A stretch of 64,000 bases of DNA from Fistulifera solaris. Its lineage: Eukaryota. Positions within the stretch are counted from its first letter, which is position 1. Every line of letters begins with the position of its first letter. Location of the stretch: positions 620,001-684,000 of the forward strand of contig AP026147.1 in the NCBI GenBank assembly GCA_030295235.1, written 5' to 3'. The notes below the pieces were generated by a model. It searched no databases and was not told the DNA's origin. It saw only the letters and a program-made list of their open reading frames with translations. The translations under genes were made by a program, and so were the position numbers. Shown here in pieces: positions 1 to 12,037 of the stretch.

Positions 1-2901
1 GACTTTTAGCTGCTGTGCGTGCTGGTGATTCGTTGGTTTTCATAGACATGAGCTTCTTCTTGGCAGCAATGCGTTCTCTGAAACGCTGTTTGACCCCATC
101 TAGTTTCTCCTTATTGATACCGCCACCAGCTAGACTGCCCGTATTCGTAGGGTGCACTGGGTTGGCTCTTTGTTCCGTAAGATTTCTCACCAGTGCCGCA
201 GAGCGCTCTTTTCCCACCAGGAAATGTGCGGACGAGGGATCGGATTGAAGTTCCATTAGTTTTTGTCGTAAATCATCAAGCTCGCGTTGCCTTTGTTTCT
301 CTGCCATTCTAGTCTCTTCCTTCACTGCGAGTGCTTCACGAGCTGCTAACTCCGCCCGAATTTCGGCTCTCCTTGCACGGCGGGCCCATTTCTGTTTCTC
401 AATCTTACTTTGCTCTTCCCAATATTGCGAATCGTAATCGGAGTAGTGAGAACTCTCATAGGATACTATTGACGAAGCACCAGCGTAAGATTCGGATTCA
501 ATTTTCACCAGTAAAGCCTGGTACCGATTGACAAGCTGTTGTATGCGGTCGCGGACGAGGGAAAACGCCTGTTCGGCCTGCACGAGCTTCTTTGAAATAG
601 TTTTAACTTCTTCCATAGCCGTCAAGTATTCCATTTCGGCGTCCGTCATTGTATCGAATCCCATGTTGTCGCCTTCCGTATGCAGTAGGTATTCCGCGGC
701 AATCTGCCTCTTGGTGGCGTTGTTCAGATTGTTTCGTAGTTTCTATTGTAAAGTCAAGGCAAGGAAACGCAAAGGTTAGCTGCAGATCGACAAGGCGCAA
801 AAAAGTCCAAGCATCACAATGATTCGACATACCTCGCACTGTTCATTCGTAAGTTTCAACAAAATACTCTGGCAATCACCGATGGTAAACATTTCAAATC
901 CTCTCATGTGACGACCGCCAAGTGAAGGACACCGGTATTGCATAAAGTCCGTCTCGTCTACCCAGTTCACGGGTTCCCATGTGTATCTCCGACTCGACAT
1001 CGAACGCACGCTGGCAATGGGACGGCGAATGAAGTAGGTACTTTCGGCGCGGCGGGTCAAAACAGCCGCGTTGCGGATATCTGTCGGGACAACACCGTCC
1101 CGCCACGCTTTGCTTACAATACAGGCATCTCGGACACGCAGCCCTTTTCGATGATACGGCGTGGTCACAATATCATCACATACGGTCGTGCCACCACGGC
1201 GCTCCAGTCCTCGTTCGATATCTTTTTCCATGATACGGCTACGCATTTCAAAGAGAGCGAAAGCTTTGTTTTCATCGTCCACCCTTTCGAATTCAGCAAT
1301 CGACGCAGTCTGTTCGGCCTCTTGTGATAGACGGCGATACCGCCGGACAAGCTTTTTCATCGAATTCGGAGGAATGTAGTACTCCGATAAATCACCGATA
1401 TAGTCCACTTCGTTAGCATACGGATTTGTAAACAAAGACGACTCTTCATCGCTAGAAAAGCGAGAAATCTCGGCTGCGGACCGCGACGGGGTAATGGTTC
1501 GCGGCGTCGAATTAAAGTTCCCTTGAATACCGTGCAACGAACTATCGGTTGCTTTGCGTCCCTTGGCCACCATTTCGTGAAAACTCGGTACATGAGCAAA
1601 GCCATTGTGATCAATATCACTGTTGGTGAGCTGGTCATCGTAGTCACTGGCTGTTTTTCGGTTCAAGAACCCATCGGCGGATGTTTGAATGGCCGTCAAT
1701 CCACCGCCCAGAGAGATAATGCTAAAATCGTTGGATTCTTCCACCTCTTCGGCAATGCTGATCGGAAACTGTTTTCGGAAAAGGGGGACTCGGTACTGAG
1801 GTCAAATTCCTCCGCGACGCCGTCAAACACGTCCGTCTCCACGTCCGCAGTTTTCCGCCAAGCGTTGGAAAAGGCCGAAGTGGCTTTCGATGAAGTCTCC
1901 GATTCTTCCATTTGATCGGCCAAACAAGGCACTTCGTGTGTCTTGTCAATGAGTCCCAAATATCCCGGAAATGTTCGTACTGGTGGCTCCATACGATGGT
2001 TGGCTTCCAACAGTTCTTTCGTGGGGGCGATCGATTGTGTGGAGGGAAAGAGTGATTGTGTTGGATGGTGATTTGCAAAAGGATCGGTCCAGTCAGGACG
2101 GCTCGTGCCATCTTCGATCGGAAATGGGGAAAAGAAGGTTGGCTGGGACTGTGGATCGAACGACGAAATCGCCAGCAATTCATTTTCATTCATATACGCC
2201 GATGACGTCGTGGACGAAACCGGAGACGCTGGTGGTTTATTCCGCGGTGCCAATTGTGATGGTGCTATTTTCTGGGTGTCACTTGTCGTCGTGTAAGAAC
2301 GCACCGGTTCGGGTGAGGAATTCCTTGTGCTCACAACAACATCTGACACTTCACTGGGATTGCTGCTGTCATCATACGATTTGACACGTCCCCGTGAATC
2401 TTGTGTTCCCGGCCATCCGACATGACCACTGCTACTGCTCGTGGTGGGAGACGTCGTGCGCTTTTCTTCGACTGTCGTCCGATGATGATTCCCAAACAAC
2501 AGGGCCAAACGCGCGATCCGGCCGGGTGGTGCTGCATCATTGTTGCGGGTCGCATTCGAATTCCTCGGCGTCGGTCTCCTTTGTTTGGTTTGTTGCGCTC
2601 GCGCCGTCAAGGACGATACGAGATTGCTTTCGGATTTCTTCTCTTCGACGGTGGGATTGTCCAATAACGCATCCCACGAGGCCTCTTTGTGTGATTTGTT
2701 GGATTTGGAATACGCCGGAAGGAATTGCAGTGCACCCGAAGAATTCCGTTCTTGTGGTTGAGCAGGAAATCGAGGCGTTGTTCGTTGTGACGATGCTACT
2801 TCGACTTTGGTGCTTGGATAAAAGGCTCCAACATTCGAATCAGTCGAGACGATCGATCGATGGCGATGATTGCTGGGATATAATACGCGACTTTGACTCA
2901 T
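1..2901 (-). CDS. Large hypothetical protein (Ser/Pro/Thr-rich N-terminus, C-terminal coiled coil); 3' end runs off the window
   Basis: ORFs 1696..2901 and 776..1744 join by a frameshift near 1745. A GT-AG intron at 743..832 joins NEQCE to KLRNNLNNATKRQ, and coding-like sequence continues to position 1. Confidence 0.7.
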
Positions 2902-3579
2902 TCTTCAATAATTGTTGTGTTTGTCGTCAAAGGAAAGTGACAAAAGGCCGACTGGATTTTGTCAAAAGCAGAGCCGAAATTAAACCCGAGGTCGGTTGGT
3001 GTTTATGCGAATGACAGAATAGGTGCCGTGCTTTTGTTTCCTTCGCGCTTCTTGAAATTTATCAGTGAATTCGCCGCTCTTTCCCTCGCAAACGTGTTCG
3101 GCTGGCTTCTTAATTACTAGCAAAGACAGAGAAAGCAATGGTTCCTTTAACGTTCAAATAAATTGCGTAAAAAGAGACGAGGACGAATAAGGGGCGGAGA
3201 AAATTTTCACCGAGTCTTGAAACACGGCGAGGTGCGCGTCGCATGTATCACTATCAAGGAGTGTACCTTGCTGGACGAAATTTTCGCACGCCAGGCTCGT
3301 CTCTATTTACAACGAGGTCTTGTAGGGACGAGAATAGAAGACTGGCGCGCGTGATGCAGTCCTGATGACGGAAAACGTGGTTGAATGGCGGACGAGAAAA
3401 TGGTCTATTTCCATCCCTTCTGTAGATGCGCTTTTAAACGAGACGACGACGACGACGATGATCTATCGATCTTGCTATCGATCACGTCGATTTTGATGAG
3501 CAAAAAAATTGGATGAATTTTATTATACCTTGTAATCTCTCTTCTCTTTTCTCTTCATTATGATGCTCGTGACGTCATC

Positions 3580-4596
3580 ATGATTCCCAGTGCCCGCACT
3601 TGCAACGTTTTGTTACTGATTCTTCTCTTGTTGCAATGGGTCGCTTTCACGTGGTTTCTACAAATAAGTACACAAACGAGCACGCCATCGTCAGAAGCGT
3701 TGTTTGAAGCACCTATCACTATCTCCAGTCATCGCGATGATTTCATCAGTCAAAACGACGAAACGATAGAAGGAGTGTTTGCTACAATTCTGTTTCGAGC
3801 ACCCCGATGGATGCATTTGCGGTATACGACCATGATTCACAATGCGTTGACCAATCTACCGAATGCGCGTTGGAAGGTCCAACTCTTTGTGAATCGATCG
3901 TGGATGACTACAGAGCTATTGCCGTGGCATCCCGGATTGCAGCGGTTGTTTCACGATCCGCGCGTCATTGTCACAAATATACCCGAGACACTGACCAAAG
4001 GCAAACCGAAACAAGTATTGGCGTCGCGGTGGTTCTGGGAAACAATAGCGGGAGATGCGGTCGTGTTGTTTTCGGGGAATGGAGCCTTTTGTACGAATCA
4101 TTATGAGACAAACTGGGATCATTTTGTGCAGAAGGTAGATTTTTGTGGAACGCCCGGACGGGGCCGTGGGGGTGATGTGAGTACACACTCGTTCCGCCGT
4201 CGATCCGTCATGTTGGAAGCCGTGATCTATGCCGAACAACATCAAATGACGCCGACCGGGACCGAACCGGCGTTCATTTTACAAGTACTTGACAAAATGC
4301 AAAAAGAAGGAAAACAAATACGAATGGGAACGGCAGAAGATATGATGTTATTGGGTGGAGTAACGAATTTAACCAACAGCGATGGCACATTGCAACGAGT
4401 CCCACTACTAGTATCGGGAACACAAGCCAAATTGGCTTGGACGGAACGAGATTCGTTGCTGAAACACTGTCCCGAACTGAAAATGATCTTTCCGAGTATG
4501 CATGAACCAGCCTGTTTTGGAGCGCATCCGAATCCTGGCGTGTGTCAAGCATCGATTTGTGCATTGCAAGATGTCATTCCCAAGCAAGGTTGTTGA
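3580..4596 (+). CDS. Type II membrane protein, DUF5672/glycosyltransferase-like
   Basis: Intact 338-aa ORF with an N-terminal hydrophobic anchor. LASRWFWETIAGDAVVLFSGNGAFC and a later SFRRRSVML segment resemble DUF5672. Confidence 0.6.
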   Translation: MIPSARTCNVLLLILLLLQWVAFTWFLQISTQTSTPSSEALFEAPITISSHRDDFISQNDETIEGVFATILFRAPRWMHLRYTTMIHNALTNLPNARWKVQLFVNRSWMTTELLPWHPGLQRLFHDPRVIVTNIPETLTKGKPKQVLASRWFWETIAGDAVVLFSGNGAFCTNHYETNWDHFVQKVDFCGTPGRGRGGDVSTHSFRRRSVMLEAVIYAEQHQMTPTGTEPAFILQVLDKMQKEGKQIRMGTAEDMMLLGGVTNLTNSDGTLQRVPLLVSGTQAKLAWTERDSLLKHCPELKMIFPSMHEPACFGAHPNPGVCQASICALQDVIPKQGC

Positions 4597-5683
4597 TGAA
4601 GGAGTTTGTTGGCTTTTTGCTTGCTTGTGACACGCGGATCGATCTATCTTCGGTATCCTCACTTAGATGGGGACAATTTCTAGAATCTACGGTCCCAAAC
4701 TTTGTCAACCCACAATCTACCGAAATAGCTCGAATGACCGGGCCTTTTAAGAAAACACATAGGGTACAATATTTTGTACTAAAAGCAATCCCGCACGACT
4801 GCATACTTTCCATAATCTATGTCTGACCGAAAAATGTATTTCTATAATCTACCCTTTCCCCCGGCTTTATCGTGCGTTGTGATGTAACAAATTCAAACAT
4901 CATCGTAGGGCCTTTTGCGTTACTAGTACTATGGAACCAAGCCAATAATCTATAATCTCTAACCTTAACGATTGTCTACCCAAATCAGAATACCCGCATG
5001 TTAGAGCCTTGCTAGAGCGCCTACCTTTGTCACAATTGCATGAATCCCTATCAGCTTTATTGGTATGTCTGATAGGATTTTCCCCGCCAAGAACTGTCGA
5101 TGTTACCGTCGATTAATGTGATAGAACATAGTAAAGTTGACCTCTATGGTTACGCTTAAACTGAAGTAGAAAAACGATTATCAGGTCCTCGGGCACAGCT
5201 ATTCTTGAACGTAAAGATCTTTCTTCTTTGAATGTGTTAGGGAACACTCTCAACGAAAGGAAAACAGGCACCAAGCTTGTTCAATAGTGGTTTTCAACAA
5301 GGGTCGAAGTCGCTAAAGATCAAGTCTTATCGGTAATTAATAGAGTCCTATTTTAGGTAGCGAATAACGAGCGGATGAATGGATGTTTCATAAACAAGCT
5401 GGTTGGGGAAGGATTAGTGTGCTCAAAACGCCCAACAAGGTTGTTCGAAGATGTTTACGCGATAAAGCACGGCAAAAAGGGGTAGATTATAGAAGTTAAA
5501 ATTGGACAAAGGGGTAGATCATAGAAAGTATGCAGTCGTACGGGATTGATTAGAGTACGATTTGTTGGTCCCAACAGATGTTCATAGAACAATTGCGAGG
5601 TCAAAGTTATCGTCAAATCTTGAGGTGGAAAAAACTTGGAAACGTAGATTCTAGAAATTGTCCCACTTAGATGTCGAGTTATT

Positions 5684-5945
5684 TTGAGTACCTCTACGAC
5701 CTGGTCAACTCCGTAAACCAACACTGTGGCTTATACTCCTCGAGTAGGCTGAAGTTATGAGTAATGGAGAGATGACGGTTTAGTACCTTTACGACTTGAT
5801 CAACTCCGTAAAACAACAATGTGGACGATACTAAATTCGAAGACTGGAGTTTTGACTGAAGGGGGTTGACGTTACGTTTTGGACCTCAGACCCGTAAACC
5901 AACAATGTGAATCATACTAATGACAAAGCCTAGTGGTTTGAGTAC
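5684..5945. repeat. Degenerate tandem repeat, 3 copies of about 86-95 bp
   Basis: Core ccgtaaa(c/a)caaca(c/a)tgtg..atact recurs at about 5710, 5805 and 5891. Confidence 0.65.
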
Positions 5946-6090
5946 ATCGTTTTTCGGATGATGACGTCGAATGTCAGAACTGCACCGCAATAACAACGAG
6001 ATGTCACGACAAAAAAGAAACAAAAATTTTGTTCCGTGAAGGAGAGTTCTCATCATCATCGTCAATGATATTTCATTCTTTCATAAAACA

Positions 6091-7939
6091 ATGATGACAT
6101 TGTTATCACAAGCATCCCACTGTTCACTTCGAATGAACAGACCATACGCCTTCATGATTCGCTCTCGAACGAAAGCGTCGTCGTCGTTTTTCTTTTCTAC
6201 TTTGGTGAAAGGATGCGGCTCGCTGCTTCCGCACACGACGAATTCTTATCATCATTGTCGCTACTTTTCATCTTTGATTCCTCCGCATCATCTAGCACCA
6301 CCGTTACTGGATGACACCGATATTACACAAACACAGTCCTTTCAAGAATCGGTACAACACGTGCGAGCCCAAGTCGATTTACACAATCAGCGTTACGAGA
6401 GTGTCCGTCAAGGGGGAGGTGCGTCGGCCGTGCAGCGTCATCAGGAACGCCACAAGAAATTGCCACGGGAACGCATCGATCTTTTGGTCGATCCGGGGAC
6501 ACCCGTACTGGAATTGTCGCCGTTGGCAGGTACCGATTGGTTGGACGGGACGGCTACGACGAAACACCACATTCCGTCGGGAGGGATTGTCACGGCGATT
6601 GGAATGGTTGCGGGGACGCCGTGCATGATTGTGGCCAACGATGCCACGGTCAAAGGAGGGACCTATTTCCCAATTACCGTCAAGAAACATTTGCGGGCGC
6701 AAGAAATCGCTCTGCAGAACCAATTGCCGTGCATCTATTTGGTCGACTCCGGTGGCGCCTTTTTGCCGCAACAGGATCAAGTCTTCCCCGATCGGGATCA
6801 TTTTGGTCGTATCTTCTACCATCAAAGTATCATGAGTGCCCAAAACATTCCCCAAATTGCGGCGGTCTGTGGGAGTTGCACGGCGGGAGGAGCGTACGTG
6901 CCGAGTCTTTGCGATGAAACCATCATGGTGCGGGGCAACGGCACCGTCTTTCTCGGTGGACCACCGTTGGTGCGGGCGGCGACGGGAGAAGTCGTGACGG
7001 CACAAGATTTGGGAGGCGCGGATGTCCATGCCACGCGATCGGGTGTCACGGATCATGTCGTTAATACGGAAGAAGAGGCCATGGCGAAATTGCGACACAT
7101 TGTTTCGTTTTTGGGACCGCAGCAACGAATGCTGCAGCCGCCTTTGTCTTCGTCGTATGAAGAACCACTTTACAATGTCCAAGAACTGGAAGGCTTGGTG
7201 CCGACCGACTCGACGAAGCAACCCATGGACGCACGTAAAATTCTTGCACGAATTTTGGATGGGAGTCGCTTTCATGAATTCAAAAAGAGTACGGAACCAC
7301 GCTCGTAACTGGCTTTGGTAAAATCATGGGACAGGATGTGGGCATTCTTGCCAACAACGGTATCTTGTTTTCGGAGAGCTCCTTGAAAGGGGCGCACTTT
7401 GTCCAACTCTGTTGTCAACGAGGTATTCCGATCTTGTTTTTGCAGAACATTACCGGATTCATGGTGGGACAGAAGTACGAACACGAAGGCATTGCCAAAC
7501 ATGGCGCCAAATTGGTGTCGGCAGTTTCAATGCCACCGTCCCCAAAATCACGCTCATTGTCGCAGGTAGCTTTGGTGCCGGGAATTATGGCATGTGCGGA
7601 CGCGCGTTCAGTCCTCGTTTCTTGTTCATGTGGCCCACGGCCCGCATCGGTGTCATGGGCGGTGCACAAGCCGCGAAAGTTTTATCCACGGTCCAACGCG
7701 ACAACAAGGAACGCAATGGTGAAACGTGGACGGAAGAAGAAGAGAAAGCATTTGAACAACCCATTTTGGATCAGTTCGAAAAACAGAGTTCCGCCTATTA
7801 TTCCACACGGCATTTGTGGGACGACGGAATCATTGCACCCGCCGAGACGCGGTTTGTTTTGGGGAATGCCTTGGCCATTGCCCGGCGCGTCGGATGCGAT
7901 CCACCCAATGCTACACAGTTTGGTGTTTTCCGCATGTAA
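6091..7939 (+). CDS. MCCB: 3-methylcrotonyl-CoA carboxylase beta (carboxyltransferase) subunit, mitochondrial
   Basis: Motifs [62 protein letters not shown] and C-terminal FGVFRM. Two frameshifts (about 7284 in an A-run, and about 7528). Confidence 0.95.
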
Positions 7940-8065
7940 AGAAGACGAGATATAAAGAATGTGAATGAATGTGAAGATAAGATAGCAATAAAGAGATATA
8001 AAGAGACATAGAAAACAAATTGAATCTTCCCGTATACGGTCGTCGAGGGGATAGAAAAATACCTT

Positions 8066-8780
8066 TTAGAGACCCATTTTGGACAAGAGCATGTCACGTT
8101 CTTCTTGCTTCTCTGTCATATCAATTCCATAATATTTACCTTTCAGGGCTAGTATGGTACTGATCACAGCTAAGTTGCCGATCAGCGCCACACGAAGAAG
8201 ATACGACGGCACCTTCTTCTCCTTAATGTCGGCTTTCATCAGAATTCCTGGAGCAATGTACACGCCATATAAAAGATGATAGAAGCCTGCCGCACCCAGC
8301 ACATACATGACTATAGTAAAGAGATTGTACGGAATGCGCTCCTGCAGTTCCGTAATGAATGAGTAGTCATACAATGCAGGATCCGGTAACCACAACAATG
8401 CCGCGATCCGTGTCGAAAAGACGTGACCAAAAAATCGCCGTAGCCAGAAAGTGACCCGCGTATCGATGCAATTGCAGTTCATAAGGTCCGGGTGTATACG
8501 TCTGAATGGCATCATCGTCTTTCTTGGAGCGCGTCCACTCCACCTTCTTTCGATGCAAGTAGAGAACACCCGCACTGGTCAAATGCACGAGAAATACCAG
8601 CAGGAGCTGTGTTTCAAAAACAGGATGTTGATAGATTCCTCGCATTTGACTCATCATATTCCGACCGTATTCCCATCCTAAATTAAGACATAGGTGACTG
8701 AATAAATGTATCGTCAGGAAGAAAGCAAAGGCCAAACCCGACGCGGCCTGAAGTTGTCTCCACATGTCAATGGATGGCAT
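8066..8780 (-). CDS. Multi-pass membrane protein, Mcp1/DUF1691-like (SdhC cytochrome b-like His pattern)
   Basis: MPSIDMWRQLQAASGLAFAFFLTIHLFSH...VHL...LHRYAGHFL...GHVFSTR...YHLLYG. ORFs 8367..8996 and 8066..8575 join by a frameshift in the A-run near 8430. Confidence 0.6.
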
Positions 8781-9222
8781 TTTCGATACGAAAGAAATAA
8801 TGAAAACGAGACAAGAGGGGATGAATTGAAAGGAGGATTGTGATTCAGTCGGTCTGATTGCTTGTTTATGCGAATAGGTGTAAACATGAGAACCTATCCT
8901 ACTCCAAATGAAGAAGATCGATGAAGAAATAATAATGAATGAGATAAAAAATGAAAATGTTTTTGGCGTTTTTCGGAGAAGCGTTTTCGACTGCACTAAG
9001 TAGTCGACTGTACCAGTATATCTTCGGAAGTGTAGCGTTGAGGCGATTCCGACTCAAATGCAATCCAGTCCCGTAAAGGACGATAGCGACGAGCGCGCAG
9101 AAAAGGCAAAGAGCGCATTGCAGCATTGGTGTTTGATTGTTCATTGATTTTCCTTTGCAATAACGTCTTTATTATTCTATAACTTGTTCTCTTGCATTTA
9201 CATACGTAAAACAAACAACAAC

Positions 9223-10733
9223 ATGGCTTTTTCGAGTGCAGAGGCCGCAGGAGATCTCGAAAAGTTGCAAAAGCTTTTCAACAAGTCACCGCCGTTTTTG
9301 GGTCCGTCGATGCCATTTTAGAAGCCTTTGGTTTGGCCAACATGCCTTCAGCTCAGCGTTACGGGATTCTATTTGGGTTCCTTGTCTTCATTACGACTGT
9401 CTCGGCTGTCTTGGCTTTACTAATATTGGGTGGTTCCTTCAAACGCATCGCGGAGCAAGCCGTGACGGGGAAGCCGACTCTATTGACATCAACAGAAGTA
9501 CGCAAGGAACGACCATTGTTGTTAGAAACCTTGCTGGAAGGCCGAGAGCGACTGCAAAAGAATTATTCACCACCGACATTGACGGATCAACTTACAAATT
9601 TGACGCAAATGCTACTCAATGTGGCACCCGATCCGGTCGAGGATGATGATGAGGAAGAGGATTCAACGCAACAACACGGAGAAGAGAAAAAGTCTCATAA
9701 AGAACGATACGTTCCGCCGTATTACGAAGAAAACTATAGCAGTGCTTATCGGAAATGTCAGGATCAGCCTGGAGGTGCGTGTCTTGTGTTTCTGGCGCTC
9801 TCATCTTTCATGTATTTCATTAACAATATCATCGGCTCCTTTTTTTCTTCCAGGAAAAGTGCTTTCAGGACGTCCTGAAGCTCGCTTCGAGGCATATGCT
9901 CGAGGATTTGCTGGTTGCGGACCGTACACGAGTTTAGACTATCGGCGGTCGTATGCGCGGCAGTACGAGTCGATCTGTTGTGCGACACATCAGTCGGATG
10001 ACAAGTACACGGAATTGTTCGACCAGCGTCCTGCCGATATTATTGGTCGTTTCGTTCGGTTGGAAGCCATGTCGGTTGATCGTCACTTGAATGAGTTGTT
10101 TCATTTGACGGATGGGTCGCCTCGTCTCGACAAGAAAGCGTACGATCCACTAGAAGTATGGGGATTTCAACCCGAAGGGCCATTTCGTACACCTAACGAT
10201 ATGCATAAATCGTTTGTGTTCCAGCGTAAATTCAATGAGGCCGGCTTTGCTATGGTTCACAGTGTCACAGAAAGGATTACCGGTGTCATCTTGTTGACAA
10301 ATGATGCTCCCGAACACTTGTCCATTCAAATGGAACCACCGATCATGGCACCGAATAATCAGGGAACACAACAACAGATGGAAGCGTGTTTTTTACTCTT
10401 GGATCGCTTATTCGCATACGGTTACCGCCGAATTCAAATGGCTGTTGATTCGCAGGACCCCGACGGCAACAAATTGGCCAATCGGTTGGGTTTTACGTTC
10501 GAAGGCGTTTTACTCCGTCATATGGTTTTGAAAGACGCCAGTCAGCGATAGCAGTATTTACGGTTTGTTGAACAGCGATTGGAAGAAAGGTGCGAGAGCC
10601 GTATTGTTCGGAAAGCTGTACGGTGAAGCTGCTCTCAAAATTGACCAAACCAATGAACAGCGGGAAGCGGAAAAGATGAGCAATCCAAAAAGTTGGCCGA
10701 AATGAAAGAAAAGGAAACAACGACGGAAAGTAA
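9223..10733 (+). CDS. RimJ/RimL-type GNAT acetyltransferase with N-terminal transmembrane segment
   Basis: ATG at 9223; TM segment YGILFGFLVFITTVSAVLALLIL; intron 9775..9853; GNAT motif LFAYGYRRIQMAVDSQDPDGNKLANRLGFTFEGVLLRHM. Frameshifts near 9298 and 10545; the 3' end is approximate. Confidence 0.75.
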
Positions 10734-11516
10734 AAAAGCAAGCGTAAAGAAAGTGCTGACAATGTTCGTTTCACCAGAAAAGCATTCAAGCAAAGTTAAA
10801 AATTTAATAGACATATTGCAATGAACCGAACGAGTTCACATCTTTCTTGAATGTAGCTTTCGTTCTGATTCAAGGGATATATTATGCTGTTATGAAGTTA
10901 TATACGCTCCTGGTATCTCTAGTGAAGCCTAGAATTAGATGTTTAGGGACCGGTTAAAAACAAAAGTTCGTCCCGAGCCAACCGAAAGATGATACCTCTC
11001 CAGTAAGCTGGTTCGCCAATTAATGCGACGCTGAATATCGCAAATATTGCCGTTTAAATTTCCATGTCGGAGACAGCTATGATTTATGATGGCGTTGGTG
11101 GACACTAGCACTAAAAGGAATTGGCGTACCGGCTTCCAGAGCTGGGCTAAATCGGCCGTGAAAGCCTCTTCCACTGCCAGAGTGGAAATATTAGGGTCCA
11201 ACCGCAACATAATGTCGAATATTTGCTCGAAAAGTAGCAGTGTACTGCTACGCAATAGAAAGATACCAGTCCTCGTCGCTTTGACGAGACGATCTGAGGT
11301 GAAAGTGGATTGCGTAGCCCCGTAAATTTGAGCCTTATACTGAAGAAGCATCACACCCATAATAACGCAAAGGACACACTGCGATCTTAAATGCTGCGTG
11401 AGAGTAGACCTTATAGACAATGTAGTCTGAACAAAAGTTGCATTGTTGGTTTCCGATGGCTCATCTTGATTTACAATTATTAACCGAGATCCGCGCCGGC
11501 GAGTGTGATCAACACA

Positions 11517-11602
11517 CCCACATTTTCTGGAGATGTGAATAATCACTCGCCCACATTTTCTGGAGAAGTGGAAAATCACCCGCCCACATATTTTCTGGAC
11601 AA
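11517..11602. repeat. 33-bp tandem repeat, about 2.6 copies
   Basis: cccaca(ta)ttttctgga starts at 11517, 11550 and 11583. Confidence 0.8.
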
Positions 11603-11719
11603 GCACAATTTTCTCTGTACGTCAATAAGACGCCAAAGCACCAGCACGCAATGGTGGCTTCCTCAATACAGAGCATTTCAGCAATATCATAAAAGCTTTC
11701 TCCTTTCTTAATACACTTC

Positions 11720-12037
11720 ATGACGGCTTCTTATTCAAATGTACTCGTACGTACGGAGCCCGTGATTACGGATCCTCGCGAAATGCAGACGATTTTATTG
11801 TTCAGTCTCCGAGCACTTTGGGGGACGTTGGAACCTCACAGTTGTCAGCTTTCCGTGTCTCTCGTGGACGGCCTGCAACGAGTGACATGCCGAACGGACT
11901 CCGTTGCGGCGGTACGAGCGGCGCTGACACTGGTGACGCCACCGCCGTATCTGGAATCAACAATTTATCGATTCGATGTGCTGCAAGAGGAGAGTTGTAT
12001 CAGCCAAAACGAAGAAGGGGCAAATACGGACGACTGA
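11720..12037 (+). CDS. Small protein resembling RNase P/MRP subunit Pop8/Rpp14
   Basis: 105 aa. The pattern ILLFSLRALWG...VTCRTDSVAAVRAALTLV resembles the Pop5/Pop8/Rpp14 fold signature (AL..lfG ... iR...d...v.aAlt). Confidence 0.5.
   Translation: MTASYSNVLVRTEPVITDPREMQTILLFSLRALWGTLEPHSCQLSVSLVDGLQRVTCRTDSVAAVRAALTLVTPPPYLESTIYRFDVLQEESCISQNEEGANTDD

Noticed and set aside
6379..7275. 298-aa antisense ORF, and similar antisense ORFs over other genes
   Set aside because: These are shadows of well-supported genes on the opposite strand.
6091..7939. MCCB and other frameshifted genes as pseudogenes or programmed frameshifts
   Set aside because: Indels mostly sit in homopolymers with no shared slippery motif, and protein conservation continues on both sides.
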